A stretch of 64,000 nt of DNA from Mobula hypostoma (taxonomy: Eukaryota), in contig NC_086108.1 in assembly GCF_963921235.1 (NCBI RefSeq), positions 77,130,001-77,194,000 of the forward strand, given 5' to 3'. The notes beneath the pieces are model-generated. The model saw only the letters and a program-made list of their open reading frames with translations, was not told where the DNA came from and made no database searches. The position numbers were made by a program, and so were the translations under genes. Positions 49,205 through 63,299 of this stretch are shown here, in pieces (within the stretch, counting starts at the first letter, position 1; each line of letters opens with the position of its first letter).

Positions 49205-50936
49205 TATTTTATTAGATACAGCAGTGGAAACTGGAGTTGTCTTCTGCTGCTGTAGCCCATTGACTTCAAGGTTTGACATGAGCTCTTTGGCAAATCACTA
49301 TTGTAATGTGTGGTTACTTGAGTTACTCTCACCTTCCTGTCAGCTTGAACCAGTCTGGCTATTCTCCTCTGACTTCTCTCATTAACAAGGCATTTTCATT
49401 CACATACTGTAACAGCTACTCACTGGATGTATCTTCTTGTTTTTTGCACTATGTCTGTGAACTGTAGAGACTGTTATGTGTAGAAATCCCAGGAGATCAG
49501 CAGTTTCTGAGATACTCAAACCACCCCATCTGGCACCAACAATTATTCCTCAGTCTAAGTCACTTAGATCAGCGGTCCCCAACCACCAGGCCACAAAGCA
49601 TGCGCTACTGGGCCGCGAGGAAACGATATGATTTGGCGATAGGAGTCAGCTGCACCTTTCCTCATTCCCTGTCACGCCCACTGTTGAGCCATTACACATG
49701 CGAGGTCATTACCCGTGCGTCATCCATGTCAGCGCGGGAGGAAGATCAACTCCTCGAGCTTGCAAATGACAGTGGGCTGAAAAGTATGTTTGACATAACA
49801 TCTCTGCCAGCATTCTGGATCTCAAAGTCAAGGCTAAATATCCTGTGATAGCCACGAAAGCAGTGAAAACGTTGCTTCCATTTCCAACATATCTCTGCAA
49901 TGAATGCAACGAAAACCAAATTGCGTAATAGACCGGACATAAGGAGCCCCCTTCGAGTATCGCTGTCTCCAATCACCCCTCGATAGGACCGTGTTGTTGC
50001 AGGGAAACAAGCCCAGAGCTCCCACTGATTCAGCGATATTGGTGTGTTGCAATGATTTTATATGTTCATACAGGGAAAATATGTGCTGTGTGTTTAATAT
50101 CCAAACATTACTTAAAATGTTATGATGCTATTGACTTACTTATATAACCATATAACAATCACAGCACAGAAACAAGCCATCTCTGCCCTTCTAGTCCGTG
50201 CCGAACGCTACTCTCACCTAGTCCCACCGACCTGCACTCAGCCCATAACCCTCCATTCCTTTCCTGTCCATATACCTATCCAATTTTTCTTTAAATAGTA
50301 ATATTGAACCTGCCTCTACCACTTCTACTGGAAGTTCGTTCAATACTTACTTCAAGCTCCCCTGTCTTCCCCTGATAATCGACTTATCACTATATACATG
50401 TGAGGAAAACATGCGCTGTGTGTTTAATATTAAATTCCTTAGATAAACCCTTTTAGAAACGAAATTGAGTGTATTAGCCACTTATCACCAATATTCCGGT
50501 CCTGATTAACACCCCCCCGCCGTACAGAATCGCCAAAAACGATTTGTAGAAAAAATCGGCATGTACACGCATACGCAAATCACGCATGCGTACTGGTGCC
50601 TGCGCAAGGCTTCATGGTCATTGTAGTCTCTCGGGGTAAACAATGTATTTGACTGCTACTCTTGTCCGTTGGCAACCCTACCCCCCTCCCCCGGGGTCTG
50701 CCAGTCCGCAAGAATATTGTCAATAATAAACCGGTCCGCGGTGCAAAAAAGGTTGGGGACCCCTGACTTAGATCACATTTCTTCCCCATTCTGATGTTTG
50801 GTCTGAGCAACAACTGAACCTCTTGACCATGTCTGCATGCTTTTATTTATTGAGTTGCTGCTGCATGATTGGCTGATTAGATATTTGTATTAACAAGCAG
50901 GTGTACAGGTGTACCTAATAAAATGGCCACTGAGTG
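49205..50936 (-). mobile_element. Tc1 non-autonomous element split by a hAT insertion
   Basis: Same family as 30982-31523; right end ...GTACCTAATAAAATGGCCACTGAGTG|TA; MGKKCDLS start at ~50790. Confidence 0.85.
49570..50765 (+). mobile_element. hAT (Buster/Charlie) non-autonomous element with transposase C-terminal relic
   Basis: TIRs CAGCGGTCCCCAACC / GGTTGGGGACCCCTG; 8-bp TSD ACTTAGAT (central TA); relic EEDQLLELANDSGLK...LPAFW...KAVKTLLPFPT.YLC...TKLRNR (hAT dimerisation domain). Confidence 0.92.
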
Positions 50937-51869
50937 TAAGTGAGATGGGGAATTCATGGCAGATTTCAATTTCCTTCCCTGAAAGAATTAGGGAACAAAA
51001 TGTATTCTCAAAACCACCTGGTGATTTCACAGTTGTCATTTTTAAGACTAATTTTAGTTCCAATTTTAGATTATGCAGTTTTTCATTTATTGGTTCATTT
51101 TTCAGAATGTGGGGATTGTTGGCAAAGCGATTATTGTCCATTCCTTTATACTTTTGAGAAAAAGTGTCTTCTAGTCAAGTAATGATAACCCTACCAGTAG
51201 TGTCCATCATATAAATCCAGGTAATCAGATAATGCTGGAATTAAAGCTAGTTTTAATAATAGTAACAATGAAACCATCATATTGTTCTAAAAGCCTGATT
51301 GGCTCCAAAACCCATTTCTCATCATTGATAAATTAGAATTGGTTTATTATTGTCAAATGATTTGGGGAACAGTGAAGAAGTTGTGTTACATACTGTTCAT
51401 ACAGATCAGATTATTACACAGTGCATTGAGGTAGAACAAGGTATAATGTCACCAATAGTCCTTAGAGAATTTAGATTTTAGTAGATCTGGAGGGAGCAGC
51501 TTGAAATGAGTTGCCATAAACCGATGCCATCTTGCATAACAGAGTTGTTTAGAAATAATGCTCCACATTCATAGATTGAAGTAGGGTTTTGAAGGTCTTA
51601 AGAGTCTTGCTCAGGAAAAAAAAATCGAAAAGAAAAATTATCAGATAATTTAGATGATTAGTTCTTTGAGTGGATATTAGTAGAGAACAATGAATTTGGA
51701 AAGTTAGCCCCACATTTAAACATCACACCATTTTATATGTATTTTTTTCTATTCTTTAATACTTCCATGTACCACGTATTATTCCCGGCAAATCAAAATA
51801 TACACTGCCTGCTAAGAAAATAGAGATTAAGATCTTCCTCAAGCTTTTTCTTGTTCCACTCATCAAATT

Positions 51870-52510
51870 TCAAAGGTTAAAGTAAATTTATTATCGTAGT
51901 ATGTGTATGTCACCATATACTACCTTGCGATTCATTTTCTTGCAGGCATTCACAGTAGAACAAAGACGTATAGCAAAATCAATGAAAAGCTAAACACAAA
52001 CACTGACAAACAATCAACGTACAAAAGAGGCTTAAAAGCTGCAATTACAAAACAATAAATAAATAAATAAATAAATACATACATACATACATACATACAT
52101 ACTGAGAACGTGAGTTGTAAAATCCTTGAAAGTGAGTCCGTAGATTTGGAATCAGTTCAGTGTGGAGGAGAGGTTATCCATGCTGGTTCAGGAGCCTGAT
52201 AGCTGAAGTGTAATAACGGTTCCTGAACATGATGATGTGGGACTTAAGGCTCTTGTACCTCCTTCGCTATGGCAACAGTGAGGAGAGAGCACAACCTGGA
52301 TGGTGCTTGTTCTTGATGACAGAAGCTACTTCCTTGTGGCATCGCTACTTGTAGATGTGCTGAACTGAGGGGAGGGCTTCTCCTTTGAAAGTGGGTTGTA
52401 TCAAACAGTTTTTGTAGACTTTTCCTTTCTTGGGAATCGGCGTTTCCATACCAGGCCGGGACGCAACCAGTCAGGGTACTCTCCACAGTGCATCAGAGTC
52501 ATCTTGTAAC
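51870..52510 (-). mobile_element. Rex1-type 3' end with (AAAT)n(ACAT)n microsatellite
   Basis: ORF 52244-52486 MESTLTGCVPAWYGN; microsatellite at ~52053-52101. Confidence 0.75.
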
Positions 52511-54363
52511 TGAAAATATCTGAAAATTTGTAAAATAACTTTACAACTGAAAATAATTGTTGTCTTATTGTAAATGAAATAGGCAGAGAGGGACTCCAGT
52601 CTGTCTCTAGAAAGAGCAGGAAAGTAACGTAATTTTGATAGCTCCACCAAACGCACAATAGGAAAAAGTGATCTTTAATTTCAATGTATGATTCCATAGA
52701 ACTACTTTGAATATAAAAGTACATTATCTGCCTACATTTCGGTAGATATTTTTGTTGTTACAGTATTATTGTGACAGATAAAAGTATTTTAGTATAGCTT
52801 ATCTAAAATCACAATCCACAAACTACAAAAATTCATTAAGAAATATGAATTGATGAACTCTGAAAGGATTCTTAATTCAGAGCAAAGCTATTTTTGGAAG
52901 TGCTGTGCGTGATGCAGAAACATCAAGCCCTTTAACTTAAAAATTCTCCAGGAATATCCAAGAGTCTGTTGATGCCATATCATCCCAAGTTCTATGTTTG
53001 TTATTATGGAGATCTGGTTAGACCATTTTCAGAGGCATGTTTTAATAACAAACCAACCTGTTTTAAAATGGCCATCCCCCTTTTGTTGACTCTGGGTCTA
53101 TTTATTAATCTTTTGTTTTCTGCCCATGGAGAAGCAGTTGAAATTCTTCTGGATAATGCACAATTGTTAGGTTTTAAGATAACAGCTCTTTAGCCTTTAC
53201 ATTCAGAACATTAATCTTCCTTAATCCTTTCCCAACGTAAGTTTCTTTTAGTCAGTTTACCCAGGTCAAGTTTCAAAATTGGCAAAAAAGTAAGCGAATG
53301 AAACTTTAAGTAGGCCAGACACAGTTAAAAAAAATTCCATACACTTTGTTTTAATAGATACCCATTTCCTTATGTGTTCTTGTGGTGGTGTATCATATAA
53401 ATCCCAAATTATTTAATCTGTCAAGACTTCTATATGCAATTTTCCCTCTGGCAAAAGGGGAGATGTTACAATGGCTGGAGCTGTTCCAGCTCATTGCAAA
53501 ACCTGTGTATTCAGGCATACTGTTTTATATTTTGCCCCTTCTTAAGTATTTCCCTATCACCTCCCCTTGGTTCTCTTGATCTAATGAGATATTTTGATTT
53601 CTCTATTGCTAATTTGTTTTCTTTGTTTTTTTTGTGTGTTCTCTCAGCTCTGAGATTTGTAATCATGTCCCTGTTTGTTTAGTTATGACAGCACAAGTAC
53701 AATGAAAGTAGGTGCACCAACAGGCTAACTGGCTCTTCAAGCCGATGCTGCCACACAGTCTGTGTCAGTTCTCCTTAGCCCTCAACTCCCTGACCTTTCA
53801 AAAATTTATCTCCTCCTTCAATTCCCCCAGTTATCTGCCCTCCATGACTTCGAACTTGCTATTGAGTTTTGATCATAGCCCTTTATTTCCAGTTGGGAGA
53901 TATTTGTTCTTTATTAATTTTCTGCTCTCAGTTGTGTTTTTTTTTAAGGAAGAACATGTGTAGATCATTGAAGTGAATACATTTCTAGGCAACATTCCAG
54001 CAAGCAAATGACTGAGGTTTCTGCTAATGCAGTGCCAATGAATTAAGCATGATTTGCAAAGAGTACTTAAGAGTCAGTTATCAAAGAAAGGATTGAAATT
54101 CAGAAATTACTCTCAGCAAGTAAATTGATCTTTGAACTAGTATCACAGTTAGAACAATTGTATCATCAGATTGACATGCAGGTCTCAAGAATGTGGGACT
54201 CCAATAAAACTACTGGGACCAGACTTTTCATATTAGTACGTAGAAAATAATATTCCCTGCGTGAACTTCTCTGTTCCTGTGAGTACATTATTGCATTGCT
54301 AAGCCAAACATTTCTATTTCTGTATCTATAATGATTTGTAACCTTCCTTCTTAATGTATAGAA

Positions 54364-54872
54364 GAGGAACAACACCTTATATTCCGTCTGGGTAGCCTCC
54401 AACCTGATGGCATGAACATCGACTTCTCTAACTTCCGCTAATGCCCCACCTCCCCCTTGTACCCCATCTGTTACTTATTTTTATATACACATTCTTTCTC
54501 TCACTCTCCTTTTTCTCCCTCTGTCCCTCTGAATATACCCCTTGCCCATCCTCTGGGTCCTCCCCGCCTCCTTGTCTTTCTTCCCGGACCTCCTGTCCCA
54601 TGATCCTCTCGTATCCCTTTTGCCTATCACCTGTCCAGCTCTTGGCTCCATCCCTCCCCCTCCTGTCTTCTCCTATCATTTTGGATCTCCCCCTCCCCCT
54701 CCAACTTTCAAATCCCTTACTCACTCTTCCTTCAGTTAGTCCTGACGAAGGGTCTCGGCCTGAAATGTCGACTGCACCTCTTCCGAGAGATGCTGCTTGG
54801 CCTGTTGCGTTCACCAGCAACTTTTATGTGTGTTGCTTGAATTTCCAGCATCTGCAGAATTCCTGTTGTTTG
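54364..54872 (+). mobile_element. Penelope-like element 3' end (young subfamily)
   Basis: Nearly identical to 29126-29596; hammerhead motif at 54738-54773. Confidence 0.92.
54738..54773 (+). ncRNA. Minimal type I hammerhead ribozyme motif
   Basis: AGTC-CTGACGA-AGG(GTCTCGG)CCT-GAAATGTC-GACT. Confidence 0.75.
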
Positions 54873-55169
54873 CACTTACTTGGTGTCCTGTCACTTCTCT
54901 CCAATAAATACAAACATTTAAAATACAATAAGTTACCTTAAAACTGCAATTGCTGTTAGATTGGTGTATCTATTTCCACAAAGATGCTGTTTAAACACTT
55001 ATCTTCCCCTTTCCCATTTATATTTAGGATAGTGCTATAATAAATTAGCATCTGGATGCAACACATACATTGCTGCTGTCCACAATAAAGGAAGGGCAGT
55101 ATTCAGTCAGGTGGCACCATGGAGTAGTAGGTTCTTTGGTCCACAGGTGGCAAAAGGTGAAGACTACAC

Positions 55170-55480
55170 AATGTATTGCCTTTCACAACCCTAGCAGGAC
55201 ATCAGAAAGCCAGTGAGACATTTTTGAAGTGTATTCACTATTAATATCAGAATTGCAGCTACCAAGTTGCATAGAAAAATAAAACATGTTAGCTGCAACA
55301 ATTTCTGTTATGGAGAAAATATTGGCCAAGGTCTGAGAAGTAGGTATTAGCTAGGGCTTTGAGAGAGGCACCACTGACCTTCTTGGAAATAATATTGTAC
55401 ATCCTCCTGAGAGAGCAGACTAGTTAATAGGTTAGCAGACTAGGTTAATACCTCATATGAAAAATAGTGATTTAGAAATT
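55170..55480 (-). mobile_element. Degenerate DeuSINE (SacSINE1-like)
   Basis: GCCTTTCACAACC...TTTTTGAAGTGTATTCACTATT...AAATATTGGCCAAG...CCTGAGAGAGCAGAC resemble the reverse Deu domain. Confidence 0.55.
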
Positions 55481-56911
55481 CAACCACATTGTGTGAGGTC
55501 CTTTTTACTATTTGACTGAGATTTATTGCTAAACTTGACTGGGTACTGTGTGTGCATTCCATTCCTTTCAGGATACTTGTTCCAGGTTTTCCTTGCATAC
55601 TGGGCATCAGTTTGTGCTCTATAGATAGAGCTATTCGTTTACAAATCTATTCTTTTAACTTCAGACTCATTACTGCTTGCCATTTATGTTAAGAACTGAA
55701 GACTGGTTCCTGTTTATGATGAGAAGCTGAACAGTGAATAGTGGTTGGAAGTTTAACTTAGATACAGCACTTCGTGTCAGCTGCTATATCAGAAAGCTGA
55801 GCTTGGAAAAAGGCCCCTGGCGCTGGACTTTGGGGTTCTAACATTTAACTGTCGTTCATTCTTTGGGGCACCCCTCTGTTTTCATGGATGGCTGCGAAGA
55901 AAAAGATCATAAACATTTCTCTGACATTAAATGTACCTTTGAAACCTTTGAATATCCATCACAGTATTGCTCATTTAGCATTTGCTCCCACCACTACCCC
56001 ACCTTGCTATCAATGTTCACATGCTCATTGATGGATTCATTATATGGTCAACTCTGCATTCATCAAAAATCAAACCAGCTTGATCATCTCAATAGCTATA
56101 GAGAGCTTTATCCTTTCCACCATTACAGCCCCAGTTCTCTCTTTCTGAAAGTGTGTTTTCAGCTCTGCAACTCTCATTGTGCTGGACAACCTTATCTTTG
56201 TTCTCAGAAGAATGGGTTGAGACTTGAACACATAATCTCAGACTTGGAGGTGAGAGAGCAACTAGCAGGTAACAGCCAACAGTTGCTGGCATCTCATATG
56301 AAATTGGTACTAAGTAGAGCCAAGGAGTCTAAGTTAATTGTTTTCTTGGAACATATGATTAGCAGTTCCTCCATGATTCATTCTCAGCTTCCTCCTCTGA
56401 ATAATTTCATGCAGCATTTGAGTGATGCAAAATTAATTCTGGGAAGCATGTTTACTACAAATCATGTGAGATTTAGCACAGGTAAAATCCAAGTCTGTGT
56501 CTAAGCAGGATTATGCAACTGGAAATGGAGGAGACAGATGGTTTGCACATCCCTCAGGGCACTCTATCAGCTGGCGTCAGATGAACACAAATGAAAATAC
56601 CATTAAATGTGACTTGGAAGATGATCTTGCTCAGAGGATGTGAAATGGCCTAATTCCCACAAAAATGCCCCTGACATTAATAAACAAAAGGCAGAAGGAA
56701 TTCAAAGAAACACATTTGGAGCTTAACTAAAACTATCCAAGCAAAATAAATGTAACAAAACAGTTAATGATGATTTCCTTTTAATCTCTGAATTAAATAC
56801 AAAACATTTTCCTCCACATAAACAGGACAACATGCAATTTTGGGTGATGGAAAATGGATTCCAGAAAGCAATTACAAAGCAGTGGACTGACTGAGGATCC
56901 TAAGTGATAGA

Positions 56912-57438
56912 AACTCAGTGGCCACTTTATTATGTACACTTGTACACTGGCACGTTAATGAAAATATCTAATCAGCCAATCATGTGGCAGCCACTCAATG
57001 CATTAAAACATGCAGACATGGTCAAGAGGTTCAGTTCAAACATTAGAATGAGGTAGAAATAACTTTGTCTGTGGAATGACTGCTGGTGCAAGATGGGGTG
57101 GTTTGAGTATCTCAGAAATTGCTGATCTCCTAGGATTTTCACACACAACAGTCTCCGGAGTTTACAAAGAATGGTGCAAGAAGCAAAAAAAAAAAACCAG
57201 CCAGTGAGCATCAGTTCTGTGGGCAGAAGTGCCTTGTTAATGAGAGAGGTCAGAAGAGAATAGCCAGACTGGATCAAGCTGAATGGAAGGTGACAGAAAC
57301 GCAACACACATCACAACAGTCATGTGTAGAAGAGCACCTCCAAATGCACAACACATTGAAGCTAGAAGTGGATGGGCTACAGCAGCAGAAAACCACTCCA
57401 GGTTCCACTCCGCTACCTAATAAAGTGACCACTGAGTG
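56912..57438 (+). mobile_element. Tc1 non-autonomous element
   Basis: TIRs ACTCAGTGGCCACTTTATT / AATAAAGTGACCACTGAGTG; transposase N-terminal relic. Confidence 0.9.
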
Positions 57439-58425
57439 TGTGTTTTGGACGGATGACTTCTTCATCTGCTGTTCCTGTAGTTTAGACTATTTTCTTTTCA
57501 TCAACGACTGCATTTGCTTTCTTGGCAATTACAATGAAAACATATTTTTTTTTGTGGCTGCATGTTGTGAGTAAATTGGTTGCTGCTCTCCCCAAATTCT
57601 AACTATGACCAAAATTTGTAAGTACTTCAGTGCTTGTCAAGTACCTTGGGGTGCCATGAAGTGAGGAAACGATGTCATATAAATCTAAAAATAGAAGCTT
57701 TTCTTTTCCTTTTCAGAGAGTTGACCAAAAACAGCTTAAAAGAAAGTCTGAAAATATGCATAATCAAAAGACCTTCCACTTTGAGAAGATCTTGTGCTTT
57801 TCCTCAGTTGGAGGTGAATGTGGTTGTATGAATAAGTAAAGAATCTTGCATTTGACTTTTATTGACAGGATGACTCCTTTGAAGTGAAGCTGCTTTGATC
57901 TTGTTCAAGTTTAAGCACTGAATATAGATTCATTATTCATTTCAGCATACGCTACAGGATTTATAGAACATTTTAAGACCAGTTCATTCTGCTTGAAAGC
58001 TCCCATATATAGTAGTGTTTACCATGTAATCCGTTGTGCATTGCATCCTGGGAGAAAAGTACACTAGCGATCACTGACCATTACCATAGCTGGAGTCTAA
58101 AGCTATCCATAGATCAGTAAACTGAAAAATTAAACACCTTATGGGAGAGGGGGGGATTAAAATGACTCTCAAAGCTGTGTACGTGTCTATGTGCACACAA
58201 GTGCCATCTTCATTTCTAATCCAGTTAATGTTTTGCAGGTATCTTTGGTAAATTCATGGATGTCACAATGATCTGTGCTAGCGCCAGAAAACACAGCATT
58301 CTGATGCGAAGATAATACCAGGAGATAGTTGATATATTATTGCAAGAATGATTAGGGTTTATATTGTTATGGATCCAGTTATTTTATTTGTAGATTGATT
58401 CACTGCTTCACATTTTGCAGAAGAG

Positions 58426-60124
58426 GAATCAGAATCAGGTTTAATATCATTGGCATATGTCATGAAATTTTGTTGTTATGTGATAGCATTACATTGCAAT
58501 ACATAATAAAAACTGTAGATTACAGTAAGAAGTACATATATATATTTAAAAAGTTAAATTAAATAAGTAGTGCAATAAGAGAAAAATAAAGTAGAGAGGT
58601 TGTGTGCATGGGTTGAATGTTCATTCAGAAATCTGATGGCAGACGGGAAGAAGCAGTTCTTGAATTGTTGAGTGTGTGCTGTCAGGCTCTTGTACCTCCT
58701 CCCTGAGGGTAACAATGAGAAGAGGGCATCTCCTAGTTGAAGGGGTTCCTTAATGATGGATGCCACCTTTTTGAGGCATCACTCCTTGAAGATGTATTGG
58801 ATGCTAGAGAGGCTAGTGCTGGTGAAATATAGCTGCTGTCGTGCCTCCTTTGTAACTGCGTCAATATGTTGGGCCCAGGATAGATCCTCAGAGATGCTGA
58901 CACCCAGGAACTTGAAAAATGCTCAGTCTTTGCACTTCTGATCCTTCTATGAGGACTGGTGTGTGTTATCTTGTCTTACCCTTGAAGTCCACAATCAATT
59001 CTTTGGTCTTATTGAAGCTGAGTGCAAGGTTGTTGCTGTCACACCACTGATATATCTTCCTCTTGAACGCTTTCTCATCACCATCTAAAACTCTGACAAC
59101 AACAGTTGTGTTGTCAGCAATTTTATGGATGGCATTCGAGCTGTGCTTAGCCACATAGTCATGGGTGTAGAAAGAGTAGAGCAGTGGGCAAAGATCACAT
59201 CCTTGAGGTGCGCCAGTGCTGATTACCAACAAGGTGGAGATTTTATTTCCAATCCGCACAGACTGTGAGGAAGTCAAGGATTCACTTGCAGAGGGAGGTA
59301 CTGTACAGAGGCCCTGATTTTGGAGCTTTTTGATCAGACGTGTAGGAATGATTGTGTTAAATGCTGAACTGTAGTGAACAAACAGTAGTCTGACCTAAGT
59401 ATTGTATTGTCCAGGTGATCCAAGGCCATGTGAAGATCCAATGAGATCACATCCACTGCAGATCTACTTTTGGTGATGGGCAATTTGCAGTGGGTCCAGG
59501 TCCTTGCTGAGGGAGGTGTTGATTCTGGCCATGACCAACTTCTCAAAACACTTCATCATCTTAGATGTGAGTGCCACTGGATAGTCATTAAGGCAGCTCA
59601 CACTGCCCTTCTTGGGCACTGGTATGATTGTTGCCATTTTGAAGCAAGTAGGAACTTCTGACTGTAGCAATGAGGCTTTGAAAATGTCTCTGAACACACC
59701 CATCCGTGATTGGCACAAGTTTCGGGGCTCTACCAGGTACACCATCTGGGCCCATTGCCTCGCAAGGCTTCATCCTATTGAAAGGCATTCTGACATTGGC
59801 CTCCAAGACAAAGATCACAGGGTCACCGGGTGCTACAGGGATCATCATAGCTGTAGTTCTATTCTCCATGTCAAAGCGTGCATAAAAGTCATTGAGCTCA
59901 TCTGGGAGTGAAGCATCACTGCCATTCATGAGGTTAGTTATTGCTTATAGGAACCCTGCCAGAGTTGATGTGCATCTGATTCCACCTCTAACCTCAATTA
60001 GAATTGTTCTTTTGCTCTTGAGATAGCCCTCTGTAAGTTGTACCTGGCTTTCTTTATAGTCCTGGATTACCAGACTTGAATGCCACGGATCTAGCCCTCA
60101 GAAGATTACGAACCTCCTGGTTCC
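58426..60124 (-). mobile_element. Rex1/Babar LINE, 5'-truncated
   Basis: ORFs 59588-59929 (DASLPDELNDFYARFD), 59464-59745 (VPTCFKMATIIPVPKK), 58966-59277 (GAPQGC..PLLYSFYTHD) and 58554-58766. Confidence 0.93.
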
Positions 60125-61185
60125 AACAATATTTCTCGCAGCAGCTCATGGCTTGAAGACTGAAAAATTAGCATACAGTTTTGAGCCATAGTTTTGAATA
60201 AAGAGATCTCTGGACATGATGTTGTAGCAGAAACTAGATGAACAAATTCCATTGCACGTGGATAATGTGGAAGCTGAACTTGGCTCATTAAAAAACAAGA
60301 AAAATGTAAACTAGTAGTTTTCTGATGTTCTCATCATGATGAAATTGAAAACTGTTGAATGTTAGTTTACATTTTTTCTCTATGATTTCACTAGCATCTC
60401 GGTTCAGCATGGGCTGGAACTGCGCAGATATCAGAGCTGTCTTTTGCACACCCAGGTGCATGATTACAGGTCAGAGCTGAATTGATTTGCAGGTCAAGAA
60501 TGAAAAATCCAACACACTTTTTGAAGTGAATTTGTTTTCTAAAGTCTAATACAGATACCAAATGAGCTAGTTGACTTCATACAATATTAGAAGCAGTGAA
60601 TGCAATCTCAAGGAAATAGGGATCAACATTTCAGATTCTCCATACCTAAGCATTTAGGAAGTTTTTTACAGGAAAGGAAGAGTTCACTATTAGCAAGATC
60701 ATAACAAATTGCAAGGAGAGGGATGAAGAGGCAGGTTATTTAAACCAACAACAGTCCTGGGAAGGAAGATATCACTGTTCAATGACCAAAATCAGTCATC
60801 TGTGATCAAGAAGGTTGGATGACTTGAGCTGAAGGATTTGAGTTGGGGGATGTGTAATAAAAGACTCAGCATACATTATCCAGGAAAAGTAATACAAATA
60901 AAACTCTGTAAGACCAGAAAGGAGACTGACAGAGGCTAGATATATTTTCAGCTAATAATTAAGGGGTAGCTTATTGCAAAGAAAGAACTACAACCATATA
61001 CAAGAGGATACAATTGAAGATGACATCTCATGAGCAGAAAGTGTGCTGTTGACTGTATTCAGAATCATCATACCAAAATAAAGCATCTAGAAAATAAATG
61101 AAGAATCGTGATAAACTCGTGAATTTTGAGAAATTCAAGTTGATGGTTATATCAACTCTTTACTGACTGATATATAGAAGGACTC

Positions 61186-61600
61186 TTTAGGAGGACCACA
61201 GTCTTGACATGGTTTGGAAGCTTGTGTGTCTCAATGACCTGGAGAGCGATGTCAGTTGGAGTCAGAGCTTTCTGTTTTGGCTCTTGGGAGTGTCACCCAT
61301 GCCAAACAGGTCAAAGGGTAGAGGCCAGACTAAGAGTGGTTCACCGATCCTCCAGATTTGGGGTTTCAGCTCAGGGCTAATATCCCTGGCTGGTAAAACA
61401 AAATTGTTACAAAAACAGCAATGAAGAATCCTTCTGCATCTGAGTGCGATGGTATTCCTGAGTCTCCACCCAGGACTTGCATTACGACAGTAGTGAAAAC
61501 TGTGAGGAAGCTACTGATGTGTTGATGGAGGCTTTGAACACCTCCAGAGATGGAGGGTCTTTGTTGCTGGCCTAAACACCAATGGTGTAATGGGCAAGTA
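61186..61600 (+). mobile_element. Non-autonomous RTE-derived element (second copy)
   Basis: GGAGGACCACAGTCTTGACATGG...GTCACCCATGCCAAACAGGTC; colinear with the reverse complement of 7350-7767. Confidence 0.7.
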
Positions 61601-62654
61601 CTCCTAGAAGGATACAGAGAGAAAGATATGTTGTATTTGCTGGGAATACAAGTTGTCAAGGTTATTATGATGAAATAATTATCGAAGTACGTATATGACA
61701 TCATTTACTATTCTGAGATTAATTTTCATTCACTGTGGAATAAAAGAACACAATAAAATCAATGAAAACTGCACACAAACAAACTGACAAACAATCAATG
61801 TGCAAAAGAAGACAAACTGTGCAAATACTAAAAAGCAACAACTGTGGGGCAGCCCGCAAGTGTTGCTGTACATTCCTGTATCAACATGGCATGGCCACAA
61901 TGCTCGGCAGAGCAACACAAAACACAACAAAACAGAACATACAAGGTAAACAAAGCAACAACCATAAAACAAGCACCTTTCCTCCCTCCCTCCCTCCCAC
62001 CCACACACACAATCACATGCATGGGCAGTACTCCAACCCAAAACCTGGCTTCTGGGCCTCCTGTCTCCATGATTTCCGATTGACCTTCGAGCTTCAATCT
62101 TCGGAATCAATCCCTGGACTAGCCAATGATGGGACCCTGAACTCCAGGCCTTGAACTCTGGCCTCAGTGGCTCACCAGCCCTCGTGCCTCCTGCTTGCGT
62201 AGTCATCTTATCCTACTGACCCGGGGCAGTCTGACATCCACAGATGCCCTTTGTCACCTGCCAATGTCACTGGTCTTTGACTGTAGAGTGCAGGTCTAGA
62301 CCTCTAACTCCCCACATTCCTGTCTTTAAACCCCAACCTGACCCCTTACTCCCCTCTCTGTTCTCAAAACCATCATTATGAACTTAAAAACAATTGAGAC
62401 TGAGCCATTATCTTGATGGAGCTTGGTGCCATCTTGACAAGTCATATTACAGTTGTATCTTTGTTCTCTCCATCCCTTCCCCTTTCTGTAACTTAAACAT
62501 CCTTGTTTTTCCTCTTTTCCAATTGTGATGATTAATCTTTGACCTGAAACATCATCTATTTTCCCACTCATGGATGCTGCTTGATTTGCTAAGTGCCTTC
62601 ATTTTTCTATATTTGCTTTGGAATTTCAGCATTTGAACCTTTTTTCTCCACTAG

Positions 62655-62980
62655 CTACAGTAGTTCAAATCCTCTTTGCAGAACAGGGGATTCCTGAGAA
62701 ATTAGTGGCTCACAGCAAAACCTAATTTAGCAATGCAGAATTCGGAGTGGTTGCTAAGCAAAGCACACTCACTATTGTGATTTCATCCATACACTGTCTG
62801 CGAGGACATCCTTTCACAGAGATCCATGTCCAAACAGTCAGTAAGATCTTTAACAAATAAGGAGAGACAAAGGAGAGACACCTTGGCCTATTGTCTCTCA
62901 CAGCTACAGCTCTAATATATCAGATCACCAACCAAAAATACTGAATGGCATGGAGTATATGATAACCTGGCCAAAGAAAT
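62655..62980 (+). mobile_element. Gypsy-type integrase core relic
   Basis: My translation from 62663: VQILFAEQGIPEKLVAHSKT*FSNAEFG...ISSIHCLRGHPFTEIHVQTVSKIF, a decayed G.PE....DNG.QF.S.EF...SSP..P.G.G..ER.VQT rve motif. Confidence 0.75.
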
Positions 62981-63299
62981 ATTTTCTCTATAATATTGAA
63001 AAGAAATAAGACAATGAGTGCCTGATGCATAAGTAAAAGGAAACCAACACTGCAATAACTGTATCAATTGTGAAATAGACAACAGTTAAAACTTGAATTT
63101 AACTGATTATGAATTTAACTGATTATGAGATGCTTCAAGCTGCTGACTCCAACAGTCACAGAAGAATGGGCAGTATTTAAGTTTGGAGGGGTTCTTTAAA
63201 CTTCTCTGAAGGGGTAATGCATGCACCCTTAATGTGATTAATTATTATTGGGGGGGTACAATACTGGCCAAGCTCTCCACATACCCCTGTAGATAGCAA

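Noticed and set aside
54428..54941. Overlapping 130-166 aa ORFs (also 29181-29632)
   Set aside because: These arise from the stop-poor purine/pyrimidine-skewed Penelope 3' UTR and are not coding.
55105..55154. Two further CAGGTGGCA CTCF-like half sites
   Set aside because: The 5' half of the motif matches poorly and they are equally explained as E-boxes.
55863..56504. Longest ORF in the window (213 aa)
   Set aside because: TTG start, no recognisable domain, composition typical of random AT-rich DNA, and it seems to run through a decayed SINE head (~56205-56245); probably a chance ORF.
57716..57812. Possible exon after a TTTTCCTTTTCAG acceptor
   Set aside because: The pyrimidine tract is a SINE tail, the donor GTGAAT is weak, and the peptides are not recognised.
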